In this document: one piece after another, positions 36,315 to 46,637 of the stretch
How positions within the stretch are numbered: position 1 is the first letter of the stretch
How the letters are laid out: each line of letters opens with the position of its first letter
From: Candidatus Thorarchaeota archaeon
GTDB lineage: Archaea > Asgardarchaeota > Thorarchaeia > Thorarchaeales > Thorarchaeaceae
NCBI GenBank assembly: GCA_048884965.1
Contig: JBHLQH010000009.1
Span: 1 to 64,000, forward strand
Reading direction: 5' to 3'
Length of the DNA: 64,000 bases
Notes under the pieces: generated by a model
What the model saw: the letters and a program-made list of their open reading frames with translations, nothing else
Databases searched by the model: none
Told to the model about the DNA's origin: nothing
Translations under genes and position numbers: made by a program

Positions 36315-36338
36315 CTGTGCCCTGTATTTGGGGCACAG
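36315..36338. terminator. Hairpin between convergent genes
   Basis: CTGTGCCC-N8-GGGCACAG; pyrimidine-rich tract follows on the minus strand. Confidence 0.55.
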
Positions 36339-36349
36339 TCTATACTAGA

Positions 36350-36538
36350 TTATCCTCGAACTCGGACGCCATGGACTTTCTTGTGTGCCCATGCAAATTG
36401 ACGGAGTCTGCTTGAAACCCCAAATCCACATGCAGCGCATCTCTTGTGTCTCACATGATAGGATCTTCTGCCACAACGTCTACATCGAATGTGATGTGGA
36501 TTGTTCTTCTTACCTTTTGAGGGGGTACCTTTTCCCAT
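36350..36538 (-). CDS. rpl37e: Ribosomal protein eL37
   Basis: MGKGTPS.GK...[13 protein letters not shown]...CAACGFG. Confidence 0.97.
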   Translation of the reverse strand: MGKGTPSKGKKNNPHHIRCRRCGRRSYHVRHKRCAACGFGVSSRLRQFAWAHKKVHGVRVRG

Positions 36539-36552
36539 CGGGTCTTACTCCT

Positions 36553-36870
36553 TTATTTCTTGGCCGTCTTGGGGGGAGGGCTCACAATAACCACATTGTC
36601 CCCACGCACAATCACGGTCTGAATTGATTCGACCGTTTCCTGCTCAGTTTCAGGGTCAATTGCAATCTCTTCAGCATCCTCGAGAATGAGATTCAGGTGT
36701 TGATCGTATCCTCGTAGTTTTCCTTTTAGCTTTCTCCGACCCTTGAGTTCGACAAGAACCTGTGAGCTAAGGGATTTCTGAAGGAGTTCCATAGGTCTAC
36801 CTGCGTTCAACAAATTCACCAAAGAATCTCGTTCGAGGGCTTGACGACCCACGACGTTGGCGCTAGTCAC
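36553..36870 (-). CDS. Sm-like (Lsm/SmAP1) protein
   Basis: V.VELKG...GKL.GYDQHLNL.L.DAEE...VRGDNVV; conserved rpl37e linkage; true start probably near 36819. Confidence 0.93.
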   Translation of the reverse strand: MTSANVVGRQALERDSLVNLLNAGRPMELLQKSLSSQVLVELKGRRKLKGKLRGYDQHLNLILEDAEEIAIDPETEQETVESIQTVIVRGDNVVIVSPPPKTAKK

Positions 36871-36970
36871 TTGGCTGGACTTAAAAAGATGACGATGGCT
36901 CCCAAATGTATCATATCAGATCACGAATCTTTCGGTGCCTTCAAAAGGGTCCATGGCTAATGACTATTTG

Positions 36971-37474
36971 ATGCCAAAGATTGAGAAGATCAAGAAAAGA
37001 CATCTACTGAAGCGAAAGCAACAGAAAGCAGAGCTTGAGAAGATTGAGAATGCATTGGGCACTACAGTCAATATCGATGATAAGACCCAGCTAGAAACGG
37101 GAGTCTTAGATGATGGTACTCATGTTCTCTTATATCAGAATGAGATTTTATTCTTCGAGAAGGAGGGTAGGCTCTTTCCCACCTTACATGCTTTGCTAAA
37201 GGATATGATCAGAGTTCCAAGGATCGCAGTGGATATGGGTGCGATTCGATTCGTAGTCAACGGTGCAGACATCATGCGACCTGGTGTAATTACGATTGAG
37301 GACACTGTCCGGAAAGATGGTGTTGTTGCAATCGTTGATGAACGACATGGGAAGCCGCTGGCTGTTGGAATCTCGACGATGGATGCAGAAGAGATGCGTG
37401 CATGCACAAAGGGAAAGGTCGTTCTCTCGGCCCACTATGTTAATGATCATCTGTGGGACTTCACAAAGGGCTAG
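36971..37474 (+). CDS. PUA-domain RNA-binding protein (Tma20/MCT-1-like, DUF1947)
   Basis: PTL...VDMGAIRFVVNGADIMRPG...H.KPLAVG...KGK...HYVND.LW. Confidence 0.9.
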   Translation: MPKIEKIKKRHLLKRKQQKAELEKIENALGTTVNIDDKTQLETGVLDDGTHVLLYQNEILFFEKEGRLFPTLHALLKDMIRVPRIAVDMGAIRFVVNGADIMRPGVITIEDTVRKDGVVAIVDERHGKPLAVGISTMDAEEMRACTKGKVVLSAHYVNDHLWDFTKG

Positions 37475-40173
37475 TCCTCATCATCATCCCTTTCTATCTT
37501 CGCCCGTACGTGAGCGAGGGCCGCTTTGTATATTTCCTTGGCATGAGTGATCCCGAGCCCAGAGTTCTTGGCAAACCTGTCCCTGGCGAGTGACTTCTTC
37601 TCAGGGTCTATATCTTTTCTTAGAATATCTGAGATGGACTTGTATCCAGTCGTAAACAGCTTTCTTGCATCGTCCTTTGAGATTGGCTCTGGATAGCCAA
37701 GTTCATTCTCTATTGCCAACTCTAGGATGTCGCTTGCTCCCAAATCTGCCTTCACACCATATTTGAGCTGCGCACTAAAGATCTCCATTCTGCTGGAGAT
37801 TCTGCGTTTATTGAGGAGTCCAAAGTAGGTACTGAGCTTCATCGCGACCTCGCCACAAATGGAGATTAGCGAGTCGAGGTCTCCCTCCTCAATTTCTACA
37901 GTTCCGATGTTCTCGTTGTTGATGACCATATCCCTTCCCTCCTCGTTGGCAATGGATAGCACCTCCGGCATTTGCATCTCACTGATCCAAATCTCTAAGG
38001 CTGTACCTTTAACTCGCATCCTTCCCAGGGTCAGAGCATCGTACCAGCTATCCGGAACCTCGAGTCCTGCCGCGCTAAGTTCGATGCTTGTGGGGTAGGA
38101 GGTCCTTGGCCTAACCATTTGTGCCATGTCGAAGGACAGTGCAATTTCGACTAGTTCTTGATCGGTCACATCTTGAGTCAATGCATCTAGCTTGTCTTTT
38201 ATCTCAAGATATCTGATAATGCCAAGTCCTGACTTGCCTGCAGCAGCGGTATCCTTTGATAGTTTGTAGGCATTTCCTTCTTTATTGAAGGAATCCTTCT
38301 GAATCATCCAGGCAAAGAGAGTATTGTACATCTTCTTGATATCGTCGATATAGTTCTCATAACGAATCGCTCGGAAACTTTCAGACACCTGCTGCAATAC
38401 TGCCTTCTCGAGTTCTGGTAGTGTGAACTTCTTTCCCTTAAGCATCTCGCGAATCATAAGATCTGCTAGGATTGATGGATAGATAGCTCCAGGTCTAATA
38501 GGTTCAAGAGGCTTGTGAAGAAGGGTTTCCTCTAGTTCTTGTACAGTCTGAAAAACTCTTGAAGGATACTCAAAGACAAGATACACAGAACCTCCATGTT
38601 TTGCTAGATGGTACTCTCCGATTCTCCCAGCAATCTGTAAGTATCTGGAACGCACAGACAAGAACCCCATAGCACGATCGAAGAGAATCGTTACACAATC
38701 GAAAGGAAAGCTAATACCAGCAGTTATTCCCGTTGTAGATACTACCGATTTGATTTCACCTGACTTGATCTTCTCTTCCAGCCTCCTACGCACTCCTGAA
38801 CTCAATCCTGCATGATGGAATGCAATACCATTTTTCAGGAATTCGTATAACTCTCCGGCTACAGGTAGTGTTCTATCTTGTCCAACTATGTAGTCCGCGA
38901 GTGAGGGATCCACTTTCCTTGGCCAGTGCCGCGAGAGCACACCAGCGAAAAATACCGCCTGATATCTGGATGATACAACGATTAGGATGGCCTTCTTCTC
39001 AAGGTCACCAAGATGCTCGATAACTGATTCGAGGACATATTCCTTCTGGAGTATGACTTTTTGTGTACCATCACTACTTGCTACTTGTATTCCATCAGCT
39101 TCCTTTGTGACAATATACTCGTCTGGATTGAGTCTGACGCTTGGTCTGAAAATCTTAGCATTCAACCATTTGGCTACGGATTCAGTGTCACCAAATCTTG
39201 ATGAGAGGGTGATGACTTGTGACCTCGATTTCAATAGCGTTACGAGCATGTCAAGTTTGGCACTTCTATCTGTTCCCAGATTACTCGCACTTGCATCCTT
39301 GATAGGAGAATCAAGCTCAGTGAGCTCATCAATTATTGCAAGCTTTACTCTCGATGTCCATTTCTCGCCCTGAAGGACATCTGAGAAGACGGCTTCATAC
39401 ACTCCCACTACGAGATCTGCCTCTTCCAACTCATTTACTGTCACCTGTTGACTACCATCATGGCGTACGACAGAATATCCAAGGTCTCTCAATAGTTCGC
39501 CATACTCATTGATGATTTGTGTATTGAGTGAGAGATATGGGCTGAGATACAAGCATTTCATGCCTTTTTGGAGATTCATTAGGACCGCAACCATTGCTAG
39601 AAATGTCTTCCCCGATCCTGGTGGCATCTGGATGATGATGTTCTCCTCAATGTTTCCTATCTCATTCAGGAACTTATCTTGAGTGGGTAGTAGTCTGATG
39701 TAATTCTTGTGTCGTAATAATAGCTTGGCGGTCTTGAAGAGGTCGGTATCTCTTGAAGAAGGACCTATCATTCCATCCATTGCGGATAGTGCTAGTCTTC
39801 CTTCGTGAGTAATCATGAAGGTTCGTTGTTTTTTCCCCTTGCTTCCCAATGCCTGAACATACCCTGCTTTCACGAGCTTATTCATGCTCTCATACAAGGT
39901 CCCTCCTGCAGAGAACTTCTGTCGCACTCTGTCAAACTTGACCTTCTCTGCAGATCTCTCTCCTTTTGGCACCGGTTTGGGTCTTTCATGTCCCATAGTA
40001 GATAGAATACCATCTACGATCTCATCCCATCCCATCTCCGGGATAATATCTCCAGATGCAGGACTTAGAATTTGGAGAATCTCAATGGCATAGCGATTGC
40101 CCAACGACCGAAGATTCTTCCTCAAATCATCAAGCTCATTTTCCTCAATCCTAATCGCAGGCATTACTTCCAC
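37471..40173 (-). CDS. Ski2/Hel308-like SF2 helicase with N-terminal wHTH
   Basis: PPGSGKT, IIDELT, TLSS, GIAFHHAGL, QIAGRIG; N-terminal ArsR-like wHTH. Confidence 0.8.
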   Translation of the reverse strand: MEVMPAIRIEENELDDLRKNLRSLGNRYAIEILQILSPASGDIIPEMGWDEIVDGILSTMGHERPKPVPKGERSAEKVKFDRVRQKFSAGGTLYESMNKLVKAGYVQALGSKGKKQRTFMITHEGRLALSAMDGMIGPSSRDTDLFKTAKLLLRHKNYIRLLPTQDKFLNEIGNIEENIIIQMPPGSGKTFLAMVAVLMNLQKGMKCLYLSPYLSLNTQIINEYGELLRDLGYSVVRHDGSQQVTVNELEEADLVVGVYEAVFSDVLQGEKWTSRVKLAIIDELTELDSPIKDASASNLGTDRSAKLDMLVTLLKSRSQVITLSSRFGDTESVAKWLNAKIFRPSVRLNPDEYIVTKEADGIQVASSDGTQKVILQKEYVLESVIEHLGDLEKKAILIVVSSRYQAVFFAGVLSRHWPRKVDPSLADYIVGQDRTLPVAGELYEFLKNGIAFHHAGLSSGVRRRLEEKIKSGEIKSVVSTTGITAGISFPFDCVTILFDRAMGFLSVRSRYLQIAGRIGEYHLAKHGGSVYLVFEYPSRVFQTVQELEETLLHKPLEPIRPGAIYPSILADLMIREMLKGKKFTLPELEKAVLQQVSESFRAIRYENYIDDIKKMYNTLFAWMIQKDSFNKEGNAYKLSKDTAAAGKSGLGIIRYLEIKDKLDALTQDVTDQELVEIALSFDMAQMVRPRTSYPTSIELSAAGLEVPDSWYDALTLGRMRVKGTALEIWISEMQMPEVLSIANEEGRDMVINNENIGTVEIEEGDLDSLISICGEVAMKLSTYFGLLNKRRISSRMEIFSAQLKYGVKADLGASDILELAIENELGYPEPISKDDARKLFTTGYKSISDILRKDIDPEKKSLARDRFAKNSGLGITHAKEIYKAALAHVRAKIERDDDED

Positions 40174-40281
40174 TCACAGATACCGAGTAATCCAAGGTAA
40201 AATCTGTTTCGAGAGCCTAATAGATAATACTCGCTCTTTTCTTTGCATTTGATTCAACTAGAAACGAAGAGGTGAATCCAT

Positions 40282-40677
40282 GTGAGATTCCTGTTCAGAC
40301 GCAAAGGCGAAGAAAACGAATCGGATGGAACTGATAGATCGACACATTCTGGTCTGGGAATATTCTCTCCTCTGACCGAACCTGTACAACCTGATCCCCT
40401 GCATGAATGCAGACGACTTGCAGAGTTGAACGAGATATTCATTCGATCAAAGAGCCTAATGTCCTTGGATGATGTACCCTTCATTGTAGATCAAATCCGA
40501 AATGGCAACATCGTACTTCTGGATATTAAACGCCTTAATGATGGACGTGAGCAGACACACTTGGAGCTCAAGCGAATAATAGAGAGGATTCGAGGTGAAA
40601 CCCGTAGCTATAGAGCTGATATCGCCTTAGTGAACGATTCCACAGTCATTGTGGCTCCATCATTTGTTCGTTTCTGA
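40282..40677 (+). CDS. sepF: SepF-like cell division protein
   Basis: DDV..I.D.IRNGNIVLLDI...ELKRIIERI...DIA.V....VIVAP. Confidence 0.75.
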   Translation: MRFLFRRKGEENESDGTDRSTHSGLGIFSPLTEPVQPDPLHECRRLAELNEIFIRSKSLMSLDDVPFIVDQIRNGNIVLLDIKRLNDGREQTHLELKRIIERIRGETRSYRADIALVNDSTVIVAPSFVRF

Positions 40678-40682
40678 TGGAT

Positions 40683-42608
40683 TTATCGCAGCTTCGTTGT
40701 TTCAGTCACTGATAATGCCTTTGTATCGATATTCAAAGACTTATGAATCGTGGATGCAAGATTGATACACTTAGAGGCTTCGCCATGACAGGTCAAGATT
40801 TTCTCTGGGACTGGGTTGACTCTCTTCACGAAGTTGAGGATTTGCTTTCTATCTGAGTGACCTGAAAAGCCCTCTACAGTCTCAACCTGAAGATTGACTT
40901 GTACGACCTGAACTTTCCCTTCACGATTTCTCATTTGTGCCTCTTTCCATCCCTTCTGGATCCTTCGACCAAGAGTACCCTCTCCTTGGTATGATACGAA
41001 GCAAACAGTGTTCTTCTCATCATGTGCCAGTAGTCTGAAGTACTCAACACTAGGTCCTCCTGCAAGCATGCCTGAGGTTGCCATGATGATACACGGCTCT
41101 CCTTCGATGATCTGTTCTCGCTGATCGGGATTATCAACTTGAACGAAGATCTCATTCAAGAAGGGATTGACGCCCTGATGGAAAATCATCTCGCGTATCT
41201 TCTTACTAAGGGCTTCTGGATGAGTTGTATGAATCGCAGTGGCCTGAGCAATCATCCCTTCAAGATAGACAGGTATCTTGGGAATCCTACCCTTGGTGAC
41301 TAGGTCTTCAATGACCAGCATGATCTCCTGCGCTCTTCCGACAGCCAACACAGGAATCAAGACTTTTCCACCACGATCGATTGTTCTCTTGATGATGGTC
41401 GCGAACCGTTTCTCTACTTCCTGTCGTGGGGCCATCTTATCTGTTGGATGCCCATAGGTACTCTCAATTATCAGGGTTTCAAGTCTGGGGAATGTAAAGG
41501 TCGCAGGTTCAAGTAAGCGAGTTCTGCCAAACTTGAAATCACCAGTATATGCCAAGTTGTACTGTCCATCCCCTATGTGCAGATGGATGATTGCTGAGCC
41601 AAGGATATGCCCTGCGTTATGCAATGTGAGTCGAACATCCGGTGCGATATCTGTTACCTCTCCGTAGTTCAGTGGTATCGTATGGATGATAGCCTCCTTG
41701 ACATCACGATCCCTGTAGGGTCTGAGTTTTCCTTCTCTCTCTGCAACATCCAGATAGTCCAGCTGTAATAGCGTTGAGAGATTCAGGGTCGGGGCAGTCA
41801 TATAGACAGGTCCTCGATATCCATACTTGAAAAGGAAGGGTACCATTCCACAGTGGTCGAGGTGTGCATGGGAAATGATGACAGCGTCAAGTTCCTCAAT
41901 ATTGAACTCTGGCATATCTAACCTCGGGAATGCCTTACTTGGAGTCCCAACGTTCACTCCACAGTCTATGAGAATACTTGTTTCAGGGGTCTGTAGGAAC
42001 ATCGACTGACGTCCGACCTCTTTGAAACCTCCAAAGGCTGTCATTCGTATCCACCCATTGTCACTGATGGACTGTCGGTGGATCCTTCTTCCAATATCTC
42101 TGAATGCCTTGTTTCTCCTGGCCGCTTCTGATTGAATGATGTATCTAATCTGCTTGATGAGTTTGCTCTCTATAGGTGGAGTTCTCATCACATTCGGTCG
42201 CCAGAATGTCTGACGAGTGATCTCCCTGAGTGTGGTCCCACTTCGACCAATCACAAGCCCCGGTTTTTGAGCTTCGATGATGACCTCTCCTCTAGAGTCA
42301 TCAAAATCAATACTGCTAATTTCGGCTTCTTCAGGAACTAACTCTCTAACAGTTTTCTCAGCTTCCTCGTGAGGAAGCCTGACCTCTGGGGAAGACCTGA
42401 CAACGATTCTCTTTCTCATCTTTCGAGCTAATGCCTTTATCTTATCCCCATCATCGAGGAGAATCTTGGGGGCTTTCGAGTAGATGGCAATCTCTGGTCC
42501 TTCATATTCGACTGAGCTAATTGCAGCAGATCTAGGTAAGGCTGCTTTGACAGCCTCACGTATATCGATGTTCTCATTGTTATCATTGTTAGAAGCCATT
42601 ATTGTCAC
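40683..42608 (-). CDS. fttA: KH-MBL-beta-CASP ribonuclease aCPSF1 / transcription termination factor FttA
   Basis: EYEGPEIAIY, KPGLVIG, GG..EVGR, SHAHLDH, AGHILGS, FSGHSD. Confidence 0.95.
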   Translation of the reverse strand: MTIMASNNDNNENIDIREAVKAALPRSAAISSVEYEGPEIAIYSKAPKILLDDGDKIKALARKMRKRIVVRSSPEVRLPHEEAEKTVRELVPEEAEISSIDFDDSRGEVIIEAQKPGLVIGRSGTTLREITRQTFWRPNVMRTPPIESKLIKQIRYIIQSEAARRNKAFRDIGRRIHRQSISDNGWIRMTAFGGFKEVGRQSMFLQTPETSILIDCGVNVGTPSKAFPRLDMPEFNIEELDAVIISHAHLDHCGMVPFLFKYGYRGPVYMTAPTLNLSTLLQLDYLDVAEREGKLRPYRDRDVKEAIIHTIPLNYGEVTDIAPDVRLTLHNAGHILGSAIIHLHIGDGQYNLAYTGDFKFGRTRLLEPATFTFPRLETLIIESTYGHPTDKMAPRQEVEKRFATIIKRTIDRGGKVLIPVLAVGRAQEIMLVIEDLVTKGRIPKIPVYLEGMIAQATAIHTTHPEALSKKIREMIFHQGVNPFLNEIFVQVDNPDQREQIIEGEPCIIMATSGMLAGGPSVEYFRLLAHDEKNTVCFVSYQGEGTLGRRIQKGWKEAQMRNREGKVQVVQVNLQVETVEGFSGHSDRKQILNFVKRVNPVPEKILTCHGEASKCINLASTIHKSLNIDTKALSVTETTKLR

Positions 42609-42713
42609 TTCTCATTTTGAGTCTAAAACTACTACAGCTGGCTCCTTCTGTCACTCGAACCAAACTTGGCTCAAGCTCACTACTACCTGATATTCAAAAT
42701 GATGCGAATAGAA

Positions 42714-43352
42714 TCATTCGCCCTTCCATATCTTTAGGATTGTTTCCTTGTCCACTTCTTCGTAGCCATTCTTGTCAATTATACTAACGAGAATTGAGTT
42801 ACCTGAGGCAGCATCTCGCTCAATTGCTGCAGCGACAGCGCGAACAGCAAGCTCGATCGCCTTTTTCTTTGGCAGATCGTCCTTGTACTCGGCTTCTAAG
42901 ACACCGAGTGCAATTGGTGAGCCTGACCCAGTTGAAGTGAACTTATCGGGTAGTACGGATCCGATGTAGTCAGTGTAGAACACTTGTGGACCCTCGTCAT
43001 CAAAGCCTCCCACGAGACATTGTAGCATATAGCCACCTCGTGCTTGGAACATTATGTTGCTAAGCAAACGTGTTAGTGCTTTCACCCTGATTGGTCTGTT
43101 TCGCTGAATCTCAAAGAGTTTTGATTCTGCTCTCAAGAGATCCATGATGTTCTGTGCATCTGCTACAGAACCTGCGATTGTAGCACCAATTCTGTCGGTG
43201 ATTTTGTAGATTTTCTGGGCTGTTTTGTTCGCAATCAAGAAACCCATTGTGGCTCTCTGATCGCTAGCTAGCACTACACAGTCCTTTGCAATCATGCCGA
43301 CTGTTGTTGTACCTGTTTTAAGTTCATGTTCGGATTGCATTGGATGTTCCAT
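42714..43352 (-). CDS. psmB: Proteasome beta subunit
   Basis: LKTG|TTTVG propeptide cleavage site, AGSVADAQ, TGSGS, RD.ASG. Confidence 0.96.
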   Translation of the reverse strand: MEHPMQSEHELKTGTTTVGMIAKDCVVLASDQRATMGFLIANKTAQKIYKITDRIGATIAGSVADAQNIMDLLRAESKLFEIQRNRPIRVKALTRLLSNIMFQARGGYMLQCLVGGFDDEGPQVFYTDYIGSVLPDKFTSTGSGSPIALGVLEAEYKDDLPKKKAIELAVRAVAAAIERDAASGNSILVSIIDKNGYEEVDKETILKIWKGE

Positions 43353-43478
43353 TTCGAGTAACTCCCTTTAAAGAGATTGAGTCTCGGAGAACTAGTGACG
43401 GTAGTCGTGTTTTGATGAGTTGATTTAAAGGTTTCCACGTGGAACAAAATGCTCCACGTGAAATCTTGAACTACATTA

Positions 43479-44357
43479 TTAGGTTTGATTCTCTTTTGGA
43501 GGCTCAGGACGTTGCCAAGTAGTTACTAACTTGACCTCACTCGCCTTTTCAACAACCTTGAGAGCGTCAGAAGCAATACCTATCTCTGCATATTGGATAT
43601 TCTCTATGTACCTTGACTCCTTCGGAAGCTCTATTGTAATCGTCTTTCCACTAATGGAAACACTATACTCATCCTTTGGCATCGCAGGGATTCGTCTTCT
43701 AACAACAGCAAGTAGCTTCTCAATCGGGTCCGAGATGATCTCCTTGATGGCGATATCGAACACCAGAGTCTTACCTGCTAGAGGATTGTTGAAGTCCACA
43801 CGGACTGTGCGTCCTAGGCTTGCTGTTATAACACCTCTCTCTCTACCGAATGTGATCTCCTCGCCTTTGTATCCACGTGCACCTTGCTTCTGCAACTTGG
43901 CGAGAGGAATCTTCTTGATCAGATTGGGGTCTCTGGGACCTGCACCCTTCTCGGGAGGAACTTCGATGGTCTTCGAGTCTCCAACCTTCAAACCTATCAT
44001 CTCCTCTTCAAGAGCAGCTAAGAGCCAATTCCATCCGATAGCGACGAGCATAGGTTCGAACGTTCCCTTGTCTGTAGGCAAGTCGTTTGCTTTCGCGACT
44101 TCTTCCAGAGTTGTATCGAAAACCTTGCCATCATCCTTGGTCTTGCCGGTGTAATCGATGTAGACAAGACTCTGCTCACCAACGACATTTTCTGCCTTTG
44201 CCTTCTTTGCGGCGGTCGTTTTCGTTTCACCATCAGACCCAGCCTTAGCCTTCTTTGCAGGTGCTTTCTTTGCAGGGGTCTTCTTCTCAGCAGTCGTTTT
44301 CGGTTTCTTCTCTGTGGTCTTTTTCTTGGCCTTCTCGGCTGAATCCTTGCTGGACAT
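43479..44357 (-). CDS. Long-type archaeal FKBP peptidyl-prolyl isomerase (SlyD-like) with Lys/Ala-rich N-extension
   Basis: IDYTG...GKVFDTT, PPEK..G.RD, VDFN.PLAGKTL.F. Confidence 0.92.
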   Translation of the reverse strand: MSSKDSAEKAKKKTTEKKPKTTAEKKTPAKKAPAKKAKAGSDGETKTTAAKKAKAENVVGEQSLVYIDYTGKTKDDGKVFDTTLEEVAKANDLPTDKGTFEPMLVAIGWNWLLAALEEEMIGLKVGDSKTIEVPPEKGAGPRDPNLIKKIPLAKLQKQGARGYKGEEITFGRERGVITASLGRTVRVDFNNPLAGKTLVFDIAIKEIISDPIEKLLAVVRRRIPAMPKDEYSVSISGKTITIELPKESRYIENIQYAEIGIASDALKVVEKASEVKLVTTWQRPEPPKENQT

Positions 44358-44434
44358 GTCTAATTCCCTCTAAGGGTTCACAATCGTACTTTGCGGCCCT
44401 GCTCAGAGATGTTATAAAACGCTTTCCTTAGGTC

Positions 44435-45028
44435 CTATTTTCCTTCTAACACGCCCTTGAGAACCACTAGTTTCTCAAAGAAGAGAGATTCTTCTGCAAC
44501 AATCTCAGATCTAAGCCCATTCTCTTCCATCGTTTCTCTTAGGAACTCGATGTTCGATAGATTCGAAGCGACGAGGTAAACCCTTCCATGAGGTATCATG
44601 TGCCTTACGCATTGATCCAAGAAACTCTTGGATACCTCTACTCCTTGTATCCCACCAACTAGAGCAGGGTCCATTGAAGTTGCTTCATCATCAGCTGGCA
44701 AATAGGGCGGATTGAATGCGATTAGGGAGAATTTTGCAGATGGTGATACGGCTTGAAATAAGTCCGATTGAGCGACACTTGCTTTGAAGAAGTTGTTGTG
44801 TTTCAGAAGATTCTGATAGGTATTGACAACCGCATTGTATTGGATATCCAGAGCGACAATCCTTCTGACCGAATCGAGAAGATTCAGGGATATGTACCCA
44901 GAGCCACAACCCATGTCAAGCAAGGTATCAGCAGGGTATGCATCGATTGCGTCTTGGAGGATATATGTGTCCTCTCCTGGAGGATACACACCTTGAAGCA
45001 CATCTACGGGTCGACCGACTCCTCTCAT
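44435..45028 (-). CDS. HemK/Mtq2-like (release-factor Gln) methyltransferase
   Basis: VYPP.EDT, LDMGCGSG, FNPPYLP, GG..G. Confidence 0.88.
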   Translation of the reverse strand: MRGVGRPVDVLQGVYPPGEDTYILQDAIDAYPADTLLDMGCGSGYISLNLLDSVRRIVALDIQYNAVVNTYQNLLKHNNFFKASVAQSDLFQAVSPSAKFSLIAFNPPYLPADDEATSMDPALVGGIQGVEVSKSFLDQCVRHMIPHGRVYLVASNLSNIEFLRETMEENGLRSEIVAEESLFFEKLVVLKGVLEGK

Positions 45029-45032
45029 CCCA

Positions 45033-45899
45033 TCATCCCCTCGGATCTGGTAGTATTCCCTCTTCGACCAACCCGAGAATCACGTCTGAGAGATATACCA
45101 AGTCTGACAGATGCAGTGATCGTAGACGAGTAGTCAGATCAATGCCACTTTCTAGTCGTTCTACTAACAGATCTAACTGAGATGGACATTTCAGGAGATT
45201 GAACCAGATTCCAAGTGCCTTCTTTAGTTGCTTGTTTGGGTATGAATAGATACCATGAACAACCCAAAAGAACACTTCCGCATTCTTGGCAAATACTCCC
45301 TCTCCTCTCTTTCGAATAGCAAGCACAGAAGAATCCACCTTGGGTCTAGGATAGAAGTGTTCTGCTTTGACATCCAGAACATGCTCGGCGGTTCCCAAGT
45401 ACTGGAAGTCTATTGATAACCTCGAGTACCCTGAGGAACCCGGATTTGCCAGAAGCCTGTCTGCGAATTCCTTCTGATACATGAGAATCGCAACCTCAAA
45501 GGAAGCCTCGTTCAGAAGTCGAAAGGTTATCTCTGATGCCACGCTGTACGGTAGATTTGCCACTATCTTAGTTACTGCTGGCAAGTCGGTAGTCAGAGCA
45601 TCATCATGAATCAGCGTCACGTTGGGTAGCTCGCTTAAGCGGTCTGATAGCACGTGTACAAGACTCTCCTCAATCTCTATCACATACAAATGATTCACTT
45701 CTTTGGCGAGAAGTTGTGATAGTATTCCCAAACCCCCACCTATCTCCAGTACGATGTCCTCTGGTACTAGATTGGCGGCATTGACAATATTCTGAGTAAC
45801 ACTCAAAGATGTGAGAAAACTCTGTCCTCTATCCTTGCTTGGTTTGATTGAATACTTTCTTAGTAACGATTGTACTTCGGACTCGTGCAGGAATCTCAC
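45033..45899 (-). CDS. ksgA: 16S rRNA adenine dimethyltransferase KsgA/Dim1
   Basis: GQSFL, VLEIGGG.G, VANLPYS, MYQKEFA.RL, YSRLS, F.P.PKVDS; GTG start 45899. Confidence 0.93.
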   Translation of the reverse strand: MRFLHESEVQSLLRKYSIKPSKDRGQSFLTSLSVTQNIVNAANLVPEDIVLEIGGGLGILSQLLAKEVNHLYVIEIEESLVHVLSDRLSELPNVTLIHDDALTTDLPAVTKIVANLPYSVASEITFRLLNEASFEVAILMYQKEFADRLLANPGSSGYSRLSIDFQYLGTAEHVLDVKAEHFYPRPKVDSSVLAIRKRGEGVFAKNAEVFFWVVHGIYSYPNKQLKKALGIWFNLLKCPSQLDLLVERLESGIDLTTRLRSLHLSDLVYLSDVILGLVEEGILPDPRG

Positions 45900-45912
45900 C
45901 CTAGTGGATCTT

Positions 45913-46518
45913 CTATCTTCTAGGAGGCCGTTCTCGTTCTTCCTCATCTCTCTTTGGCGGCCTAACGAATAACCAACGCTTGACATCCTCTTGGAGTTCG
46001 TCGATAATCCGCGCTGTCAACACTTTCTTTGGATGCTGAAGTTTGGTTCTTGCAGCAATATCATCAAAGCTCTTGAACGGTTCTCGCTTCCTTTCTTCAA
46101 GGATTGCCCACATCAATGTTTGGCCTATTCCGGGAAGCAGCTGCAATGAGTGCATCCTGGTGGTCAGAGGTTTGGCTTCATTGAAGAATTGAACGAACTT
46201 ATGTTCGAACTTGGTAACAATAATCTCTACAATCAGTGGCAGTTCCTCAGCACTCTCAGGTGCCAAGTCCTCAAAGAATATACGTCGTTTCACATGATCT
46301 ATCTTACCACGGGCATTCCTGGTAATTGGCACTCGTTCTTGGGGGTGTAGGGTCACACCTCTCATCGGCGTAAGCTCGAGCAGCGTGAAGAATGATTCAC
46401 CAATTGCTTGTACTACTGTTTCGCCTCGTGGTCGATTGTCACGTAGAAATACCTTCGGTGGAATGACTGCTAGGATGTATGCGTGCGTCTCGAATGCTCT
46501 GTTTTGAGAATCTTCCAT
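45913..46518 (-). CDS. DUF655 family RNA-binding protein
   Basis: QAIGE.FFTLLE, FFN.A.PLT.RMH.L.LLPGIG, F.SF.DI; canonical rpo4-DUF655-ksgA context. Confidence 0.92.
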   Translation of the reverse strand: MEDSQNRAFETHAYILAVIPPKVFLRDNRPRGETVVQAIGESFFTLLELTPMRGVTLHPQERVPITRNARGKIDHVKRRIFFEDLAPESAEELPLIVEIIVTKFEHKFVQFFNEAKPLTTRMHSLQLLPGIGQTLMWAILEERKREPFKSFDDIAARTKLQHPKKVLTARIIDELQEDVKRWLFVRPPKRDEEERERPPRR

Positions 46519-46637
46519 TCATTTTCGCTCCTAGTTGTATCAGACCACATCAAGCATCAATAGTCATGCTAGAGATAAAAGTCAATCGGGAGGCGCATTT
46601 AGCTAGCGCCATTGGAATTTCTACGAGTTTTCAGGTA

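Noticed and set aside
43432-43463. Two CCACGTG motifs as transcription-factor sites
   Set aside because: They form an inverted repeat immediately after the FKBP stop, more simply a terminator hairpin; no other copies were noticed.
43531-44154. 207-aa + strand ORF and the many other short antisense or overlapping ORFs in the track
   Set aside because: They are shadows of well-supported genes on the opposite strand or in another frame and carry no motifs.
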